A stretch of 43,257 nt of DNA from NCBI GenBank assembly GCA_964632485.1, contig CAZWDO010000027.1, forward strand, positions 1-43,257. The letters run 5' to 3'. The number at the start of each line of letters is the position of its first letter. The first letter of the stretch is position 1. Source of the stretch: an uncultured bacterium. GTDB lineage: Bacteria > JAGOEH01. Positions 1-11,433 of this stretch are shown here, piece after piece. A program made the position numbers and the translations under genes. The notes beneath the pieces are model-generated. The model searched no databases, had not been told where the DNA came from, and saw only the letters and a program-made list of their open reading frames with translations.

Positions 1-90
1 AAATATCGAAAAATGATTTTTAGCTTGTAAGTCATTGAATTATAAGCTGATATGAAATTTTTTAAAATTTATCTTGGACAGTAGTGCAAA

Positions 91-1410
91 TTAAATAATA
101 ATTCCAATGATACAGGCCGTCAACCAGGAAGCGATAGCGCCGCCGAACATCGCTTTCAAACCGATTGCCGCCAGATCGCTTCGTCGTTCAGGGGCGAGAG
201 CGCTGATTCCACCGATTTGGATTGCGATTGAACTAAAATTTGCAAATCCGCATAGCGCATAAGTGGCAATCGTAAAGGTTCTGGGTTCTAAGGTTGATTT
301 CAATCCGACAAGATCAACATAGGCAATCAATTCATTGATACTAATTTTTGTTCCCAACAATTGGGCAAAGTGGGCGGCATCTTTCCATGAAACGCCCATT
401 AATAAAGCTAGAGGACGTAAAATAAAGCCAAAAATACTCGCCAAACTTAAGTTGAACTGAAAATTGAATTGATAGAAAGTAATCCAGTTTAAAAGTTCGT
501 CCAGATGGCCTAAAAAGAAATTGAACATAGCAATTAAAGCGATAAAAGCCAGGAGCATGGCGCCAACGTTTAAAGCCAGGCCCAAACCGTCCTTAGCTCC
601 CAAGGCTGCGGCGTCCAATACATTGGCAGTCGAGTGTTCAGCTTTAATATGAACTTGTCCGGCAGTAGCAGCGTGTTCCGTCTCAGGGAACATGATTTTA
701 GCGATCATCAACGCGGCGGGAGCAGACATTACACTTGCCGACAACAAATGACCCGCTTCCACTCCAAAACGGACATAAGCGGCCATCACTCCCCCGGCAA
801 TAGTGGCAAATCCACCTACCATAATCGCCATCAACTCAGATTGAGTTGCATCCTTAATAAAAGGCTTGATCAATAACGGCGCTTCCGTTTGTCCCACAAA
901 AATATTCGAGGCGCATGACAGCGATTCCACTCCACTGGTTTTCAATGTTTTTGCCATAACCCAGGCAATCCGTTCTACAATCCACTGCATGATACCCAGA
1001 TGATAAAGTATTGAAATAAATGCCGAGAAAAAAATAATAGTGGGAAGAATATGAATCGCAAAGACAATCCCAATATCAACATAGGAACCGGTACTGGCAT
1101 CAATTAACTGGTAGGGACCGCCCGCTCCCAGATTCTCGACAATTTCACGGGTTGTGTAGTAGTATTTTCCAAAAAGAAATGATGCGCCGGCATCCGTAAA
1201 ACTCAACAACCTATTCACCAGGAGATTGCCAAACATAAACAAGGCCCGCCCTAATTCAGTTTTCAAAATCAATAGGGCAAAAGTCAATTGCAAACCAAAA
1301 CCCCAACTGACAATAGACCAACGTATTCGTCTACGGTTGTTAGAAAAGAGAAAAGCAATACCTAATAAAACCAAAATGCCTGCTACGCTCATAAATCGTT
1401 GTCCAATCAT
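91..1410 (-). CDS. nupC: NupC/NupG-family concentrative nucleoside transporter (CNT)
   Basis: Hydrophobic 439 aa ORF with CNT motifs (FVGQTEAPL, GFATIAGGV, LCGFANFSSIAIQIGG); AGGAG RBS upstream. Confidence 0.92.
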   Translation of the reverse strand: MIGQRFMSVAGILVLLGIAFLFSNNRRRIRWSIVSWGFGLQLTFALLILKTELGRALFMFGNLLVNRLLSFTDAGASFLFGKYYYTTREIVENLGAGGPYQLIDASTGSYVDIGIVFAIHILPTIIFFSAFISILYHLGIMQWIVERIAWVMAKTLKTSGVESLSCASNIFVGQTEAPLLIKPFIKDATQSELMAIMVGGFATIAGGVMAAYVRFGVEAGHLLSASVMSAPAALMIAKIMFPETEHAATAGQVHIKAEHSTANVLDAAALGAKDGLGLALNVGAMLLAFIALIAMFNFFLGHLDELLNWITFYQFNFQFNLSLASIFGFILRPLALLMGVSWKDAAHFAQLLGTKISINELIAYVDLVGLKSTLEPRTFTIATYALCGFANFSSIAIQIGGISALAPERRSDLAAIGLKAMFGGAIASWLTACIIGIII

Positions 1411-1462
1411 TACTTACTCCTCTGAAACAATAATACGCATTAACCTGTTTTCAACACATCTC

Positions 1463-1491
1463 AATATAATCAGCAAATGAATCTGGGTCAA
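1463..1491 (-). promoter_or_regulatory. sigma70-like promoter for the CNT transporter
   Basis: TTGACC-17 nt-TATATT on the minus strand. Confidence 0.6.
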
Positions 1492-1525
1492 GATATTTTT
1501 TTCAATGCCCTTTTGATTTTCCCCG

Positions 1526-1723
1526 TCAATCCACATGATTATTTTGAAAAACAAAATGCTGGGATGGTTCCGCATCATCCGTAGTTAATGGAATATGATG
1601 CTCCTCGACTATTTTTTTAATCTCTCTGAATTGTTTAATAAATAGATAATTACGATCGGTCAATGGGACTTTTGGGGGCATTTGATGCGCCACCTTGGCA
1701 ATGGCTTCATCAAAATCCTGCAT
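1526..1723 (-). CDS. Small hypothetical protein (65 aa)
   Basis: GAGGT RBS 5 nt before ATG; has an upstream promoter; fills the gap between nupC and obgE. Confidence 0.55.
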   Translation of the reverse strand: MQDFDEAIAKVAHQMPPKVPLTDRNYLFIKQFREIKKIVEEHHIPLTTDDAEPSQHFVFQNNHVD

Positions 1724-1781
1724 GGTTTACCTCAGTTTTGTATCTTTGGGTTGAATTTGACGGTACCTTTTTCATGATATA

Positions 1782-1810
1782 AATATAAGCAACGATAAAT
1801 AAATTGTCAA
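1782..1810 (-). promoter_or_regulatory. sigma70-like promoter, divergent from obgE
   Basis: TTGACA-17 nt-TATATT on the minus strand. Confidence 0.65.
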
Positions 1811-1835
1811 ATCTATTATTTTTTTAATTTTTTTA

Positions 1836-4187
<2,352 letters not shown>

Positions 4188-4207
4188 TCCCCAGTCGGAG
4201 GTTCTTT

Positions 4208-4996
4208 ATGTTTCGTTCTATCAGTTTTTTATTAATGGTCTTTTTTATTTACTGCTCAACCGTCCCAATTACCGGACGCAGACAACTTAATATTATTCCA
4301 ACACAAACACTTTTGTCAATGAGTCTTCAGGAGTATCAGAGTTTTATGCAAAGCAATCGCGTATCAACGAATCAAAGCCAACAGAATATGGTACGTCAGG
4401 TAGGCGGCAGACTTCAGGCAGCAGTTGAACGTTATTTTCGTGAAAATAAAATGGGTGGGGAATTGAAAAATTTCAGATGGGAATTTAACCTGGTTGAGAA
4501 TTCTGAAGTGAATGCCTGGTGTATGCCGGGCGGTAAGGTTGTTGTTTACACGGGGATATTATCCTTGACAGAAGATGAAACGGGTTTAGCAGTAGTTATG
4601 GGACATGAAATCGCGCATGCCGTGGCGAAACACGGCAATGAACGCATGAGCCAGGGGTTGCTTACCCAACTGGGGGGAATGGCGCTGGAAGTGGCTCTGC
4701 AATCAAAACCCCAGGAAACACGGCAACTCTGGATGGCTGCTTTCGGTTTGGGCGCCCAAGTGGGCATGCTGCTACCCTTTAGTCGACTCCATGAGTATGA
4801 AGCAGATGAACTCGGAACCATTTTTATGGCGATGGCCAGTTATAATCCGCAACGCGCAATCAGTTTCTGGGAAAAAATGAGCCAATTGGGTGGATCTAAT
4901 CCCCCCGAGTTTATTAGCACCCACCCTTCTGATAGCAAACGAGTTGCCAATTTAAAAAAAATGATGCCTAAAATTCAAAAATACTATCGGCCCTGA
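4208..4996 (+). CDS. M48 family zinc metallopeptidase, probable lipoprotein
   Basis: NAWCMPGG, HEIAH, EYEAD, STHP motifs; signal peptide ending in Cys; GGAGG RBS. Confidence 0.92.
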   Translation: MFRSISFLLMVFFIYCSTVPITGRRQLNIIPTQTLLSMSLQEYQSFMQSNRVSTNQSQQNMVRQVGGRLQAAVERYFRENKMGGELKNFRWEFNLVENSEVNAWCMPGGKVVVYTGILSLTEDETGLAVVMGHEIAHAVAKHGNERMSQGLLTQLGGMALEVALQSKPQETRQLWMAAFGLGAQVGMLLPFSRLHEYEADELGTIFMAMASYNPQRAISFWEKMSQLGGSNPPEFISTHPSDSKRVANLKKMMPKIQKYYRP

Positions 4997-5036
4997 ACCG
5001 GCAAATCTAATTTAAAACTTTACCCGGGAAGAAACA

Positions 5037-5819
5037 ATGAATCGAATTCAGACGTTACGAGAAAAATTTAAATATTTAGACTGGAACACAGCCTGGAATT
5101 ATTTCAAAATCTCCCCATCACTTTGGCAGGCGATGTTTCCCAAACGAAAATGGGCTTATTTAGGTAATTCTTTAGAAAAAATTTTTTCTAAAGAATCGCT
5201 TCTCATGTTAAACTTACTATTGCCAGCCCGTTTTACCGATGAGTTGAAAGAAAAAAACTACTCCTTTCATTCAGATCATCCCCTATTACTTTATTTTTTT
5301 GTTCGGTACTATCAGCCGGAAATCATGATTGAGACAGGTGTCGCCCGGGGGGCTTCCTCCGCTTTCATTTTGTTGGCCATGCAAGAAAATAATAAAGGCA
5401 AACTTTACTCGATCGATTTGCCTCCCCAGCAAGCGGCGATTCAAAAAGAAGATTTCAATAATGGGTGTTCTTTCTATGAATTGAAAGATGGCCAGGGCCA
5501 CTGGATAAATGGCAACCTGATTGGCGATCTTGTCCCCGGCTGGCTTAAAAACCGCTGGAGTTTAATTCTGGGTCATGCCGAACTTGAGCTTCCTAAACTG
5601 ATCTCCCGCTTAAATCAAATTGATATTTTCTATCATGACAGCCTTCATACAGAATCGCACATGCAATTTGAATTCCAAACCGCCTGGCCGGTCATTCGAG
5701 CGGGGGGATTTCTGCTTTCCCATGATGTGTTTTGGAACAATGCGTTTTATAATTTCGCCCATGAACAGAATATTAAACCGATAATCCATCGTAGTCTGGG
5801 AATTTTACCCAAAACATAG
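5037..5819 (+). CDS. Class I SAM-dependent methyltransferase (Methyltransf_24-like)
   Basis: IETGVARGASS, LYSIDLP, FYHDSLH and GGFLLSHD motifs. Confidence 0.8.
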   Translation: MNRIQTLREKFKYLDWNTAWNYFKISPSLWQAMFPKRKWAYLGNSLEKIFSKESLLMLNLLLPARFTDELKEKNYSFHSDHPLLLYFFVRYYQPEIMIETGVARGASSAFILLAMQENNKGKLYSIDLPPQQAAIQKEDFNNGCSFYELKDGQGHWINGNLIGDLVPGWLKNRWSLILGHAELELPKLISRLNQIDIFYHDSLHTESHMQFEFQTAWPVIRAGGFLLSHDVFWNNAFYNFAHEQNIKPIIHRSLGILPKT

Positions 5820-5875
5820 TCAACCATTTTTCCCATCTTTACAAATGCGCAATTTCCCCACAATTATCAGTCATA

Positions 5876-6772
5876 TCAATCTAACCAGCCTCTTAAAATT
5901 TTCAAATCCTCTATATCCAGGTCCACAATTTCCAGGGTAAAACGCTCAACACCTCGTTCCCGCATATAACGCGTTAATGGCGCCAGATTTTGTCTGCTAG
6001 GAGTATATAAATGGGTATGTGAATCGAATAGCCGGGTGGGATTCTCGTCGGGCGCCATTAAATTATGGTTGATATGCGCGCCATGGATTTTCATCCGCTC
6101 GATCAATATCCGACCCCATTCATAAAAGTCAAATTTATGAAGAATCGCCGAACACCAAAAATGACCCAGATCAAACCAAAAATCGGTCAGCAATTCCAAA
6201 ATGACTTCCGGATGCTGCATAGCGCTGCCAATACCCACAAAATCATTTTCCAGCGCAATAATCAATTCAGGATAACTTTGTTTTAATAAGCTAAAATTAT
6301 GAATAAAGTTTTCTTTCCCCTGTTGGTATTCCTCCGTCTCACGATATGCCGGATGCATGATAAATGAACCTTCCAAACTCAGATGAGGTGAAATATGGGC
6401 AATCATATTCCTGCGATACTCCCGCATATTGTGTGGCAACGGTTCATTAACTAAGAAAAAACCGTGAAAAAAAAAGAGTGATGTAGGAACTCGAGCTAAA
6501 AAATCAACTGCCTGCCGGGCAATTCGTTGAATAAACTCCCCGTCCGTCATGGCCAGATTGAGAAAATATGGCGATAAAACTGGGGAATGAACGCTAATAG
6601 GAAAATCTTTGCATAACGGCATGATTAATTCTAAAAGACGCGCATCGATCGAATTATGAATCTGGATTCCAAGCGTATAATCTGTTCCTTTTAGATACTC
6701 TTGAGCCGCTTTAATTTTTTCAAGATAAGTATCGGGTTTTAAACCCATCGTGCTATATTCAATAATAATCAT
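5876..6772 (-). CDS. Xylose-isomerase-like/AP-endonuclease-2 TIM-barrel metalloprotein, function unknown
   Basis: Spaced metal-ligand motifs SVH, FFH, LEN, FDLGH, AHINH, DSH, TLE; start moved to ATG 6772, which follows an AAGGGGG RBS. Confidence 0.7.
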   Translation of the reverse strand: MIIIEYSTMGLKPDTYLEKIKAAQEYLKGTDYTLGIQIHNSIDARLLELIMPLCKDFPISVHSPVLSPYFLNLAMTDGEFIQRIARQAVDFLARVPTSLFFFHGFFLVNEPLPHNMREYRRNMIAHISPHLSLEGSFIMHPAYRETEEYQQGKENFIHNFSLLKQSYPELIIALENDFVGIGSAMQHPEVILELLTDFWFDLGHFWCSAILHKFDFYEWGRILIERMKIHGAHINHNLMAPDENPTRLFDSHTHLYTPSRQNLAPLTRYMRERGVERFTLEIVDLDIEDLKILRGWLD

Positions 6773-6788
6773 TTTATACCCCCTTAGG

Positions 6789-8183
6789 TTAAAAATCAAA
6801 ATTAGCGGTAAAATCAGAAGAAGACGGATAAGACGCAAAATGTCGCAGATAATTATAATATAAATGCGATGACAAATCAGAATAAGAGGTTCTATCCGCC
6901 TTGGCCTCCCGCATCAATTCATGGAACAATTTTTCGGTATTAATAATTTGTCTTTCCAATGTAAACATACTGGTAAATTTTTGATACCCGGCATTAGCCA
7001 TTTCTAACCGCCGTTCTTTTTGATTAATTAAAATCTCCAGATAAACCAGAAAAGCATTCAAATTGATTTGCAGTTTTTGGGCGTATTCAAAAATGCGACC
7101 GTGATCATAAGCAGAACGGAAAACGCTCAACCACTCATGCTCGGTCACTGCAGCGCTATCCCAGGCGGTAGGGACCCTGAATCCTGTAATGCCATGATCA
7201 ACAATATCTTTATAGCCATTCCAGTCAGTTACAATGACCGGCAACCGGGATGCCATCGCTTCGATCACTGTGATACCGAAGGATTCCTGCAGATTATCAC
7301 TCAACGATATAAAAATATCGGCTGACTGATAAATATCGCGTTTAATCGTATCTGGATAATTGGTAACGAATTTGATTCGATTAATTAAAGGAGTACCGCT
7401 CAACTGGCTCATAATCCGGCTTTGCATCTGCTTATTCGGATCTGAACCCGCTAACAGCAAATATAAATCAACGTGGGGAAAATGGGTAAGGGCTTGTAAA
7501 AAAAACGTGATGACTCGATGATAATCCATCTTACTGGTATCACTCAACCGCGCATTGGATAACAGAATGATACCTTTTTCAGGCAAATTTAACTTTTGTC
7601 TGGCTTGAAGTTGCGGACACTCTGCAAATTCTTCTGCCTCGATCCCAGGATGGATGACTGTCAGATGTCCCCGGTAAGTGATCCCATGTACAGATTCAAG
7701 ATCGCTCAGATAGGATTTAATGGCTCCTAACGACGCATTTGATAAAAAAATCAACGCATCATAGGGACGTCCACCTTGTTCAAGCAAACAAATATTCATA
7801 AGGTCCCGCAAGTGCGCATTCGTGGCAATCGTATAAAAAGGCCGGATTAAAGGAAGAGAATAGGGCTGTAAGTGTCGCCGCAATATGGATTGCTGGTCAA
7901 CGACTGCATAATCACAATAAAAAATATCGTAGGGAGTAATCTCCCCGGGGGAGAATTCCTGAAGCGCACGCACTTTTAACCGGGGATATTTTTGTCCGAC
8001 TAAAGCCAACCTCTCAGATGAAACCTCATTTTGCGCATTAAAATCCAACACAGTATGGTATTCATCGAACGTACCGTATCGAAGAAGCCCTTTGGCAAAA
8101 TTTTCCATGGCTATATAGGCTCCAAGAAGAGGTTTGGGTAAAAAAAGGTAACGGAATCCGTTCAGGCTGATGAATCGTTTCAC
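6789..8183 (-). CDS. Glycosyltransferase family 4 protein
   Basis: GT-B C-terminal signature ESFGITVIEAMAS...PVIVTDWNGYKDIV; IHPGI. Confidence 0.88.
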   Translation of the reverse strand: MKRFISLNGFRYLFLPKPLLGAYIAMENFAKGLLRYGTFDEYHTVLDFNAQNEVSSERLALVGQKYPRLKVRALQEFSPGEITPYDIFYCDYAVVDQQSILRRHLQPYSLPLIRPFYTIATNAHLRDLMNICLLEQGGRPYDALIFLSNASLGAIKSYLSDLESVHGITYRGHLTVIHPGIEAEEFAECPQLQARQKLNLPEKGIILLSNARLSDTSKMDYHRVITFFLQALTHFPHVDLYLLLAGSDPNKQMQSRIMSQLSGTPLINRIKFVTNYPDTIKRDIYQSADIFISLSDNLQESFGITVIEAMASRLPVIVTDWNGYKDIVDHGITGFRVPTAWDSAAVTEHEWLSVFRSAYDHGRIFEYAQKLQINLNAFLVYLEILINQKERRLEMANAGYQKFTSMFTLERQIINTEKLFHELMREAKADRTSYSDLSSHLYYNYLRHFASYPSSSDFTANFDF

Positions 8184-9871
8184 GGTTGACTCCTGTAAGC
8201 TTTGCGCTGTTTTAAATATAAAATAGAATCGCGTTGATCCCGTTTTTCGCTTTCTTTTTTTGCCACATAGAGTGGACGTCCGGAGTTGGGTTCTTTTTCA
8301 GCCACATACATAGCTGTTGCCAATGTCATGGGAATAGGTAAAAATGCCTGTACTTGTTGGGGCTGAAACTTCCATTTACGTAAAAAATTGACAACGGCCT
8401 GCATATCCTGGTTGCGGCAACCGGGAAACCCGGACATAAAATAGGGAATGAGATATTGATTTAAACTAAATCGCCGATTAATCCGTTCAAACTCTCGTAT
8501 AAACTCAAATAATGTATCAGCCGGTGGTTTATGCATTAAATCCAACACAGAATCAACGACATGTTCCGGAGCGAATTTTAATTGTCCGCTAATATGATAG
8601 CGGATTAATTCCTCAAAGTAGGATTCATCAGTCAAATCCCAACGAATACCCGAATTAACAAAGGCTTTACGGATACCCGGAAGCGCGCGTACTGTACGGT
8701 AAAGCCCAATTAGTGGCTGATTATCAAACGGAAAATGCGGGCAGTGATGAGGGTGGAGACAGGAATACCGATTACAATGAGAACAGATTTCAGGTCGGGA
8801 ATATGTTAATTGATACACATTAGCCGTAGGAGCTCCCAAATCCTTGATAATTCCTTTAAAATCTGATTGTTGGCGATATTGAAATATTTCCCGGGCGATA
8901 CTGTCGATGCTACGAGACTGAACAATACGCCCCTGGTGCATATTCAGCGCGCAAAAACTACACCCCCCAGGACAACCACGACTGATGGTAATCGAAAACT
9001 GAATCATATCAAAGGCTGAAATTGATTTTTTATAAGAGGGATGCGGCAAATATCGATAAGGAAGATCATAAATCGCATCCAGTTCTTCTGTCGTCAATGG
9101 CGGTCGGGAAGGATTAATGACAACCCACCGGTTTTCGCTGGCCTGTAGGACCGGCTGATCACTATTTAACCACTTTAAATAGTTTTGCGTCATTTCCAGT
9201 ATTCGGTCTGGACTTTCCTGTAACGAATTATAGTCAATTAATTGATGATAGGGGGGTTGAGGTAAATCCTCCCGTCGAGTCGCTACCCAGGCAATACCTT
9301 TTACTGCGCGGTAATCCCGACCCGTATCATAACATCGCGCAATCTCCAGCGACGCATATTCTCCCATACCATATACTAAAATATCGGCTTTTGCATCCAA
9401 CAAAATTGAGTGTTTTATCCGTTCCGACCAAAAATCATAATGCGCCAGGCGCCTCAAACTGGCCTCAATACCTCCAATCACCAGGTTGATTCCTTTATAA
9501 ATGCGGCGTAATGCCTGGCAATAGGATATGACAGCATAATCGGGCCTGCTGCCGGCAGAATTTCCCGGAGTATAGGCATCATCGTGCCTCAGTCGCTTGA
9601 AAGATGTATAGTGGCAAACCATGGAATCCATATTCCCGCCAGTGACCGCAAAGAATAAACGGGGAGGTCCAAAAACCTGAAAATCCTCATCCTTCATGGG
9701 CTGGCTGATGATTCCAACTCGAAATCCACCGGAAATCAGAAAACGGCCGATAACAGCCGCGCCAAAAGACGGATGATCCACATAGGCATCCCCCGTCACA
9801 AGAACGATATCCAATTCTGACCATCTCCATTGTCTGACTTCCTCCCGATTCATGGGAATAAATAAATTCAT
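8180..9871 (-). CDS. ygiQ: YgiQ/UPF0313 family radical SAM protein
   Basis: VTGDAYVDHPSFG, GNMDSMV, GGIEASLRR, CPGGCSFC, APEH; GGAGAGG RBS. Confidence 0.9.
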   Translation of the reverse strand: MNLFIPMNREEVRQWRWSELDIVLVTGDAYVDHPSFGAAVIGRFLISGGFRVGIISQPMKDEDFQVFGPPRLFFAVTGGNMDSMVCHYTSFKRLRHDDAYTPGNSAGSRPDYAVISYCQALRRIYKGINLVIGGIEASLRRLAHYDFWSERIKHSILLDAKADILVYGMGEYASLEIARCYDTGRDYRAVKGIAWVATRREDLPQPPYHQLIDYNSLQESPDRILEMTQNYLKWLNSDQPVLQASENRWVVINPSRPPLTTEELDAIYDLPYRYLPHPSYKKSISAFDMIQFSITISRGCPGGCSFCALNMHQGRIVQSRSIDSIAREIFQYRQQSDFKGIIKDLGAPTANVYQLTYSRPEICSHCNRYSCLHPHHCPHFPFDNQPLIGLYRTVRALPGIRKAFVNSGIRWDLTDESYFEELIRYHISGQLKFAPEHVVDSVLDLMHKPPADTLFEFIREFERINRRFSLNQYLIPYFMSGFPGCRNQDMQAVVNFLRKWKFQPQQVQAFLPIPMTLATAMYVAEKEPNSGRPLYVAKKESEKRDQRDSILYLKQRKAYRSQP

Positions 9872-10063
9872 TGATCCTCTCCGGTTAAAATCTCTTCCTT
9901 GTTCAGAATTTATATAAAACTATAGAAAAGTCAAGAAAAAAACAAAATAAATATTGACTTATTTGGCTTTTTTGCTTATTTATTTAAGTAATGAGAGTCT
10001 GTTTCAAAAAAGTCTAATTATGATTAAATCCAGTCAACAAGGTGATAAATTTAAGGAGGAGCC

Positions 10064-10684
10064 ATGAGTAAACAAACCATACTATTGATTGAATCCAGCG
10101 ATTCTGTGCGTAAAATTATCATTATGGCGTGCAAAAAAAAACAGGAATTGGTGGGTAATCTTTTTATACTGCAATCGCCAGCGGATCTTCCTGCCATGAT
10201 TGAACGGCAAAACATCGATATTATTTTCTCTAATATCGAATTTACCGGATTTCAGGATTTTTATGTGCCGCAATTCCTCAAAGAAAAAAAAGATAAAACC
10301 CCCGTATATTTGATTACCAGCAGTCCGCTTAACGAAATGATCACACAAGTGGCGTTTCATAGCGGCGCGAAAGGGATCATTCAACCCCTGAAAAGTCTGG
10401 CTCTTCTTTTCGACGTGATTGAAAAAATTCTCAATCATCAGGTGGATCAAAGTTTTTTTGTTCCGGAACAAAAAAATCAGTTAGATAAAGTCCAGGATTC
10501 CCAGATACTAAGTGAACACCTTGAAAAAAATTACCAGGATGTCAGCCGCCAAGTCATGGAATTAAATGAAATGGTTATTTCACTCATGATTGAACTCAAT
10601 CTTGAAAAAGAAAAAGTGTCATTTTGGGAAAACCAGATCAAATCGTATATTAATCTTTTTAACAAAACTCCTTATAAAGGATAA
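10064..10684 (+). CDS. Atypical response-regulator receiver-domain protein with C-terminal coiled coil
   Basis: Receiver fold pattern (TILLIES, IDIIFSN, PVYLITS, GAKGII) with catalytic residues replaced; AAGGAGGAG RBS. Confidence 0.7.
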   Translation: MSKQTILLIESSDSVRKIIIMACKKKQELVGNLFILQSPADLPAMIERQNIDIIFSNIEFTGFQDFYVPQFLKEKKDKTPVYLITSSPLNEMITQVAFHSGAKGIIQPLKSLALLFDVIEKILNHQVDQSFFVPEQKNQLDKVQDSQILSEHLEKNYQDVSRQVMELNEMVISLMIELNLEKEKVSFWENQIKSYINLFNKTPYKG

Positions 10685-10689
10685 TCATC

Positions 10690-11409
10690 ATGAAGAATAT
10701 TTTTATTCTGCCTTTCATTTTCATAGTTTTTTTATCTTGTAAAACCATTGATACTAAAAAATTAGGTAGTGTGTTGGATCTTCCATCTGCCAATAAAGAA
10801 TTGACTGAACATGAAGTTATTGAGGGATTAAAGGAGGCGCTGGATATCGGTACCCAAAAAAGTGTTTCATCCTTATCGCAAACGGGCGGATTCTGGAACA
10901 ATTCAATTTTCCGCATTCCCATCCCTGACAAATTCAATACGGTTAAAGAGAAGCTGATCGATTTAGGCATGAGCAGTCAAGTCAATGAGTTTCATCAACG
11001 GATCAATACCGCAGCGGAAAAAGCCAGTTCCCAGGCCGTGCCTATTTTCAAAAATGCCATTACGGGTATGAGTATCCAGGATGCCTTTTCGATCCTCAAA
11101 GGAACGGATACCAGCGCCACCCACTATTTTCGGACGAAGACCCAGTCGGATCTGCGCAACGCTTTTATGCCGGTAATTAAAAAAAGTATGGATCAGGCTC
11201 AATTGACCTCACTTTATAACAATCTGATTTCAAAATATAATCAGATCCCCTTTGTAAAAAAATTTGAGTTTTCTTTAGAAGATTATATTGCCGATCAGGC
11301 GCTCAGCGCCCTTTTCACCCAAATTGCTCAGGAAGAACAAAAAATCCGAAAGGATCCGGTGGCCCGCACCACCGATATTCTCAAACGCGTTTTCGGTTAT
11401 AAAAAATAA
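10690..11409 (+). CDS. DUF4197 family lipoprotein
   Basis: Lipobox FLSC; GLKEAL, INTAAEKA, ATHYF and EEQKIRKDP..RTTDILKRVFG motifs. Confidence 0.88.
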   Translation: MKNIFILPFIFIVFLSCKTIDTKKLGSVLDLPSANKELTEHEVIEGLKEALDIGTQKSVSSLSQTGGFWNNSIFRIPIPDKFNTVKEKLIDLGMSSQVNEFHQRINTAAEKASSQAVPIFKNAITGMSIQDAFSILKGTDTSATHYFRTKTQSDLRNAFMPVIKKSMDQAQLTSLYNNLISKYNQIPFVKKFEFSLEDYIADQALSALFTQIAQEEQKIRKDPVARTTDILKRVFGYKK

Positions 11410-11433
11410 TACTGCTTTTTCTTGATTCCTCTT

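Noticed and set aside
6773..6838. Apparent signal peptide MRLIRLLLILPLILIF on the TIM-barrel ORF
   Set aside because: It overlaps the GT4 3' end; the ATG at 6772 has the RBS, so the extension is probably an artefact
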